The translations under genes were made by a program, and so were the position numbers. From positions 54,735,133 to 54,767,924 of the forward strand of contig NC_068982.1 of assembly GCF_001194135.2 (NCBI RefSeq): DNA of 32,792 nucleotides, given 5' to 3'. The stretch is from Octopus bimaculoides. Its lineage: Eukaryota. Below the pieces are notes generated by a model. The model was not told the origin of the DNA, did no database searches, and saw only the letters and a list, made by a program, of their open reading frames with translations. Positions 32,664 through 32,792 of the stretch are shown piece after piece; the first letter of the stretch is position 1, and each line of letters opens with the position of its first letter.

Positions 32664-32736
<73 letters not shown>
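32641..32736. repeat. (TCA)n-(TTC)n-(TTA)n compound microsatellite
   Basis: Seen directly. Confidence 0.95.
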
Positions 32737-32737
<1 letters not shown>

Positions 32738-32792
32738 GTTTTTTTTCTTCTTTCTTCAAATTTTTTCCCATTTCTCGCCGAGTGTTTTCCGT

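Overview
AT-rich, gap-riddled metazoan genomic DNA with eight N-gaps and many TA, TACA, GA and AAT microsatellites. I found no convincing host protein-coding exon, rRNA or true tRNA, so the window reads as intronic or intergenic. The SINE families resemble those I recognise from octopus or other cephalopods; this is recall, not a search result. Nearly all identifiable content is transposon debris: several tRNA-derived SINE families, four fragments of RLE-type (R4/Dong-like) LINEs sitting in (TAA)n tracts, an L1/Tx1-like 3' fragment, a non-autonomous Helitron with a decayed Pif1 helicase, Tc1/mariner and hAT remnants, and MITEs. Most long ORFs in the supplied track are microsatellite or N-gap artefacts. 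The most notable items are (1) a fully base-paired type I hammerhead ribozyme at 5425-5488 (-) between two 140-bp direct repeats, resembling a Penelope pLTR or retrozyme, plus a second degenerate hammerhead at 24777-24822 (+); (2) an ~845-bp foldback element with modular arms at 2146-2990; (3) a 56-nt pre-miRNA-like hairpin at 6589-6644; (4) a GG-ended MITE with a perfect 8-bp TSD nested in the Helitron; and (5) two inverted RLE-LINE copies that both begin almost exactly at the RT YxDD motif, one with a chimeric 5' end. All alignments and folds were done by eye.
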